This document shows positions 56,843-64,000 of a DNA stretch of 64,000 nt, one piece after another (position 1 is the first letter of the stretch; the number at the start of each line of letters is the position of its first letter). The stretch spans positions 90,706,001 to 90,770,000 of the forward strand of contig OX597824.1 in NCBI GenBank assembly GCA_951406725.2. Direction: 5' to 3'. The notes under the pieces are model-generated. The model did not search any database, was not told the DNA's origin, and saw nothing but the letters and a program-made list of their open reading frames with translations. This DNA is from Octopus vulgaris (lineage: Eukaryota). The translations under genes and the position numbers were made by a program.

Positions 56843-57055
56843 GGAGGTGCGTAGCTTAATGTTTAGAGTGCTGGATTCATGATCGTAAGATTGTGGTTTC
56901 GATTCCCAGACCGGGCGACACATTGTGATCTTAAGCAAAGCACTTCATTTCACCTTGCTCCGGCTGGCAAAAATGAGTATTCCTGCGACTGACCAGCATC
57001 CCGGCCACTTGGAGATTATATATACACCACAGAAATCGGAGAACCGGTCCTAGGA
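56843..57055 (+). mobile_element. tRNA-derived SINE (family D-like)
   Basis: A-box-like TAGCTTAATG, B-box GGTTTCGATTCC, GCAAAGCACTTCATTTCAC. Confidence 0.7.
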
Positions 57056-57616
57056 GTATATCGCTGGATTATGAACATCACCATATTTCCAAAACACCAC
57101 CAGAAACATCACTACCATCACCATCACCCTCACCATAAAAAAATAACATTTTTAACTGCACCAGTAACAACAGCAACAACATGTAATATCTTGTACAAAA
57201 ATAGATTTCTTTTACGAACGTTGATAATATTATTCCAATGAAACCCGATACACGAGATTAAAACAGAAAATTTCCATTATATATTTTGTGTTGATATCAT
57301 GTTTATCCACCATCAAACTACTTACAATTGTCAACCAATATACAATACATTCATGCATATAGATATACACACACATGTACATACACAAATAAAACGATTA
57401 TTTGTCATTCCGTAGTAAGACAAGCAGATGATAGGTTGACGTGATCAAGAAGAGACGTCAATAAGGAGGGAAGTGGCTATTAAGAGACACAATGGAGCCA
57501 ATAAGAAAATATGAGAATGAAATCAGAGCAAATTGAAGTCGTTCTCTCTTTCTTTCTTTCTTTCTCGCGCTCTTTCGTTTTATCTATCTATCTGTCTACC
57601 TATCTATCTATCTCCC

Positions 57617-57664
<48 letters not shown>

Positions 57665-57730
57665 TACAGTATCATACAATATCACACAGATTCACATACT
57701 GTGATACAGTGAGATACACACACACACACA

Positions 57731-57776
<46 letters not shown>

Positions 57777-57954
57777 GGGGGGGGTATATATATATATATA
57801 CAGTATCACACAGATTTACATACTGTGATACTGTGAGATACATACGCACACACATATATATCCACATATATGTATATTATATATTTATATATCATTATAT
57901 ATATTATTTTACGTTCTGTATTTATTGGCATAACTTAAATGTGTATATGTATGC

Positions 57955-58111
<157 letters not shown>

Positions 58112-58289
58112 CACATATATATATATTCAGTTGTTACTAATTGTGACTGAGAGTGCAGGGTAGTCGCTTCCAATGTGTGTGTGTGACTATGCCGTTGTTG
58201 AAGTTGCGGTATCTCCAATGTTTCCTTGACATCTGGCAGGTGTAGCCGCCATTTGTCAGACTCACTTTTTCTCACCTCGTCCATTTAAC

Positions 58290-59220
58290 CGAACTGCAGT
58301 CCTGTATCAAAAGTAGATAGAGATTGGACACCTACTAACTAGACTGTTGTCAGGTTCTCACAGCCCTCACCCAGTCAGGCAATGCGATCGGTGTTAGTTC
58401 CACTTTGTCATTCTATTGAGGGTTTATGAAAGGCAGAACTTTTCAGTAAGAGTTTGGTCGTCATTGATATTACCCTTGATGGTCTGTTCGACAGGACTTT
58501 CAGGCTTGGGCCCTTGGATAACTTTCAGAAATCTCTGGCCTGGCAGGGCAACCGTGGAACATTGTTGGTTTAACATAAACCCAACAAGCATGAGAGTGCT
58601 ATCAGCTGAGTCTATCCGAAATACTCGTGAGTGGCGAAACTGTCCTGCCACTCAATGTCCAGTGTCCGAACATTGCTGATTCATAGAGTTATGTCGAGGA
58701 GCCGTTGTTGCATGTTGGGTGGATTTGGCTATCGGCTGATTTCATTGCTGCCTTTGTTTATATGTCTGGCTGTCTTAGTGTGTGTCTATCTGTGTTTATC
58801 CGTCTGGTGGTCTTAGCAAAAGAGGCCGTAAGGTTGGACCTGAGTAAAGTGGCTGAAGGCAGACACTTTCGTCTTTGATCAAGACCCCAGCAATACTTTC
58901 TTCTAAAAAGGAAAAGTGAGGGTAGAGAAGGAAGTGTCGCTTTCCAGTAATTTCTTTCTTTCTATTTTTGTTTGGAAAGTAGATGAGAATGGCAGGTATG
59001 GCCCAAGTGAATGGACCATACACTTGGAGGATAGGGAGGGGTAACTTGTCTTTGCGGTTTAGGTGACCGTAGTTCTGTAAGGTTTCCATTAGTAATCTTC
59101 GGAATTTTGCCACTTTTGAAGAATTATTTCTTGTTTGGATTCTTTGGTTCTCTCTTTTTGTTATTTTACTCTTTACTCGTTTTCCTATGACCTGACATCG
59201 TATTGCATCGTCTTGTACCG
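58290..59220 (-). pseudogene. Possible highly decayed LINE (RTE-like) ORF2 fragment
   Basis: Non-repetitive block, A-rich on the minus strand. TLDIEWQD resembles the L-x-I-x-W-Q-D motif after the RT domain. No stronger motif seen. Confidence 0.35.
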
Positions 59221-59335
59221 TCCCCACTTGAGCGCTAGGGGTCGACGCAACAACTCAACCCATCACCTAAAATTGCAAGCTTGTACCAAACATTGAAGCA
59301 GTTTATTATTGTTGTTGCTGCTGTTGTTGTTTAAG

Positions 59336-59524
59336 GCGGCGTGCTGGCAGAATCGTTAGCACGCTGGGCAAAATGCTTAGCGGCATTTCGTCCGTCTTTA
59401 CGTTCTGAGTTCAAATTCTGCCGAGGTCGACTTTGCCTTTCATCTTTTCGGAGTCGAGGAAATAAATCTTTTCGACATAATCGACTTAGTCCCTTTCCGA
59501 AATTACTGGCCTTGTGCCAAAAAA

Positions 59525-59567
<43 letters not shown>

Positions 59568-59571
59568 GTTA

Positions 59572-59610
<39 letters not shown>

Positions 59611-59835
59611 TTTTAAGGCGGCGAGCTGGCAGAATCGTTAGCACGCCGGGCAAAAATGCTTAACAGCATTTCGCCATTAAGCATTTACGATCTGGTTTCA
59701 AATTTCGCTGAGGTCGACTTTGCCTTTCATCCTTTCAGGGTCGATAAATTAAGTAACAGTCAAGTACTGGGGTCGATATGATCGAATAACCCTCTCCCCA
59801 CAATTTCCAATACTTGCACCTATGGAAGAAAAGAT
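59336..59835 (+). mobile_element. Two tandem SINE family B copies separated by (TTA)/(TTG)n
   Basis: TTAAGGCGGCG(A/T)GCTGGCAGAATCGTTAGCACGC at 59332 and 59613. Confidence 0.88.
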
Positions 59836-60744
59836 TATTATTACTGTTGTTGTTGTTAAACACTGATAGAGCAAAACTCAAAATTTCTTGCCGTCATTTT
59901 TCCCGCTCTTTACATTCTCAGTCCAAGTCCCTCTGACTTCAACTTCGTCTTTCATCCTAAGCATTTTGCCTGGCGTGCTAACGTTTCTGCCAGCTCGCCG
60001 CCTTTGCGGGACTAAATATTGCGCAGAGGACGTCTGAATACAAACGGTACCTAGATAATGATTGGACAGAGAGACGCTGTACAGTTTGACATATCGAAAA
60101 GCATTATCGATACAGTGTAAATCTATCCAGTCACGGTATCCATCCAGCGTCGACAGAATAGATTCAAGGTGTAGATAGTGACTATAAAGTTTTACATTGT
60201 ATTCATGTTGGCTGCTTAGATGCGGACTTATATATGTTGAGCGGATGGTGACTGAAGAGATAATAACAGGGATTATTGGATTGAGCTAATCTATAAAGTG
60301 TTGTGGATCAGTGGTTCCCAAAGTGGGCAGTACTGCCCCTCTGCGGGCGGCCGAAAGATCAATTCCTGCCAAGGTCAACTATCTGTTTCGTCCCTTCGGG
60401 GTTGATAAAATTAAATACCAGTCAAATATTGTGGGTCGATCTAATCGACTTGTTCCCTCCCCTCAAAAATTACCGACTGTGAACCATGAAACAGACCGGT
60501 GTTACGTTCAAGGGGAATGTTGTGATCTCGGTCAATTATACCCTCATGGAAACCGGATAACCAGTCTTATGAACCCTTGGGTTCAAGAAAAAGGGGGAAG
60601 GAGAGACATGCAAATAACAAATTAATGAAGAACAAGCATACTTCTCAAGATGCTTAAGAATTAGCAGGGCTTTCCTAAAACCTTCTGTCTTGAAATATCC
60701 ACATCGCACTTTGAAACCCACCTCAGCGTACTTTTGTCTCTTAG

Positions 60745-60874
60745 GCGGATATTTGTCCTCATCTTGCTTGTTGTTAACACGACATTTCGGCTGATATACC
60801 CTCCAGCCTTCTTCAGGTGTCTTAGGGGAAATTTCGAACCAGGGTTCTCATTCCTAAGGTATTTTTCGATGTTA

Positions 60875-60965
<91 letters not shown>

Positions 60966-61048
60966 TATTATTGTTGTTGTTGTTGTTAGTGTTCAGGTCG
61001 CTGCTTGGAATCGAACTCGGAATCTTAACCACTACGCCATATGCCTGA
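60745..61048 (-). mobile_element. Composite element: tRNA-like head, (AAC/AAT)n, hammerhead-bearing tail
   Basis: Minus strand: A-box TGGCGTAGTGG (61039-61029), B-box GAGTTCGATTCC (61018-61007), microsatellite, then a tail matching 46511-46634. Confidence 0.75.
60776..60821 (-). ncRNA. Minimal type I hammerhead motif, family H1 (GUC site)
   Basis: Minus strand: GACAC-CTGAAGA-A-GGCTGG(AGGGTATA)TCAGCC-GAAA-TG-TC-GTGTT. Confidence 0.78.
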
Positions 61049-61356
61049 GGGCATATATAAATAATGTAAATAATGCAAATAATGTACATAATTCCTCATC
61101 TCTTAAATACTGAATCTCTGAAGTGCTGCTGAACAGGTGTATAATTAGTCTTCACGTGTCGTTACAATAAATCTACAGCGAACAGATATTATAGAATGCA
61201 AAGACAGCGAATGAACGAGATACAAACTTTATCGCTCATGACGGAATATACATACATCGTTTATATGTGTGTCGATTGTAAACAAAATAACATTAGCTGT
61301 CTAAGCTGCTGGTGAATAGATTCTGACTCTCTATATATAAAGATGTGTATACATAT

Positions 61357-61772
<416 letters not shown>

Positions 61773-61975
61773 TTCCCTGCTTTCCCTTTTTTTTTCTTCT
61801 TTCCCTTTTACGATCCCTTTTGATCGAAAACCTAACCCGCCCATTCTTTTTTATTTTTTTTTTCTCTCTCCCAAAAAGAAAAGCTCTACTTTCAAGGCAA
61901 TGCTCCAGCATGGCCACAGTCCAATGACTGAAACGAATACAATACAATACATACATACATACATATATATTTATT

Positions 61976-62042
<67 letters not shown>

Positions 62043-62102
62043 GTGTATGTATGAGTGTATATGTATGTATATATATATGTATATATGTGTGTATATATAT
62101 AT

Positions 62103-62160
<58 letters not shown>

Positions 62161-62188
62161 ATATATGCAATATATATATATTATATAT

Positions 62189-62265
<77 letters not shown>

Positions 62266-62380
62266 AGTGCTTAAGTCTCTTACTACCTAAACATACCTGC
62301 GTACACACACACAAACACTTGCACGCACACACATACACGCACACGCATACACACACACATGAATATATACGTGTGTGGGT

Positions 62381-62413
<33 letters not shown>

Positions 62414-62416
<3 letters not shown>

Positions 62417-62479
62417 ATGACCGTGTCTATGTGCTCGTATGACCGTGTCTATGTGCTCGTATGACCGTGTCTATGTGCC
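62414..62479. repeat. 22-bp tandem repeat, 3 copies
   Basis: CGTATGACCGTGTCTATGTGCT x3. Confidence 0.95.
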
Positions 62480-63039
62480 GCGTTCCCAGGCGCAGCGGAA
62501 CGAACGCAAGAAGTGTGAACTCTAAAGAACTGATAACGACTGCAGTCTTCCTACTCGTCTCTGGCTGCCAGACTCTCGTTGCCATAGAAGCAGACTGAAG
62601 TAATATATTTATCAGCATTTTATTAACTGCTGTACCATATCCATCCAAAAACAGCGATAAACGTACCTTACCGACAGACCGTCTCCGTGGTTCGGAGGAA
62701 AGACCTCGGTCTAGTATCGTTGTTGCTCGACCTGTTAGAAATAGTAGTCAGATTCTCCTCAACTTACATTATACTGTCTGAGAAAAAGGATCAATATGTT
62801 ATATTATGAAGCCCTAGATATATTATGTTCGAGGGAAAGCGATGAGATCATCCGGGGTGAAATAGTTTTGATTGAAGGTATATTTTGATAAGGGGGACCT
62901 AGGCGGGGAACAACAAAAACAGTTTACTAAATATATTTACGTTTGGGGTAATTAGCTTTTACGGTAGAGAATTCGCTTTGTATGCGAGAGATACTGAGAT
63001 CGGTACTCAGCTGCACTCGTTAATATGTGATTACATGTG

Positions 63040-63187
63040 CAGACATGGCTGTGTGGTTAGAAGCTCGCTTTGGAACCCAGAGGTTTCTGGTTCAGTTCAA
63101 CTGCGCGGCACCTAGAGTAAGTGTTTTCTACTATTGTCCTGGGTCAACTAATGACTGCATGTAGTAGACGGAAACTGTGGAAGCCTG

Positions 63188-63241
<54 letters not shown>

Positions 63242-63440
63242 ATGTGTGTGTGTGTGTGTGTGTGTATGTGTGCGTGTGTGTGCGTGTGAATATGTACAGA
63301 ACATGTGTATGTGGGTATCTTTGTGTTTGTCTACCATCACTACTTGACGACTGTGTCTATTTGTTTCTGCTACGTCACCTAGCGGTTCGACAGATGAGAC
63401 CGACAGAATTAGTACCCAACATAAAAAAGTACTGGAGCCA
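63040..63440 (+). mobile_element. SINE family A, diverged
   Basis: ATGGCTGTGTGGTTAGAAGCT...GTAGACGGAAACTG, internal TA/TG tract, TAGCGGTTCGAC...AGTACTGG. Confidence 0.8.
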
Positions 63441-63888
63441 ATTTACTCAATGAGAGAAACACGCAAAAGATTAAAGGTAAAAAATACATGACAATTTTCT
63501 AGAAACAGCAGCCAAATTTCCCTCAAATCAAACTCAACCTTCTCTAAAACGTGGGAAGGCACATAAATTAATGTAGTCCTCGATATACATACTCCGATCA
63601 CATGATGGTATAGTCTAGGCTTGAATTACTCGATCGGACTGGCCAGGTGTTAAACGACAACAAAAACGACACGCGGCGTACCTGATCAACTAGACACAGA
63701 CATCTTTAAAAGTGAGCGGTACAAAGCGTAGTGTAGTCCTAGATACACTAGGTCTGAACGAACATTAAATTGGAAGGTTTTCACTTGGTTACACATCAGT
63801 TCAGTCGAACTTGTCGTGCCATTCCCTTAATTACAAGTGGACTTGTTTTAAGCTAAACGTAGATGTATTATAACAACAATAATTATAT

Positions 63889-63918
63889 ACTTCCGGTTCA
63901 TTAAAATGGCGCGTAAAT
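63889..63918 (+). promoter_or_regulatory. Adjacent ETS-like and YY1-like motifs (possible promoter)
   Basis: ACTTCCGG (63889-63896) and AAAATGGCG (63903-63911). Motif match only. Confidence 0.3.
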
Positions 63919-64000
63919 ACCTCAGATTATATACAAAATATTGATTGACATATTTAAGAAATCATGTGGTTTCGGGTTCAATCCTCCAGCCCAGCACCTT

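Overview
AT-rich eukaryotic DNA dominated by microsatellites (TA, TG/CA, TATG, TATC, AAT, AAG, GAT) and interspersed repeats. I recognise the tRNA-derived SINE families as typical of octopus (coleoid cephalopod); this is an inference, not a database result. No intact host gene is supportable, and nearly all ORFs in the track are microsatellite artefacts. Recognisable protein remnants are all transposon-derived: Tc1/mariner fragments, hAT MITEs, two R4/Dong-like restriction-endonuclease LINE ends, an RTE-like zinc-finger 3' end and a decayed Penelope-like element (RT plus GIY-YIG). The main hidden signal is RNA structure: 12 minimal type-I hammerhead-ribozyme (HHR) motifs from about 6 unrelated short repeat families, mostly beside (TA)n or (AAT)n tracts. 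They include a fully canonical copy (10785-10875, minus), a head-to-head inverted pair (52111-52272) and an element joining a tRNA-like Pol III head through (AAT)n to an HHR-bearing tail (60745-61110; headless second copy at 46424-46660). That element is a candidate SINE-like, ribozyme-containing non-autonomous partner of Penelope-like elements. All folds were read by eye and are not computed.
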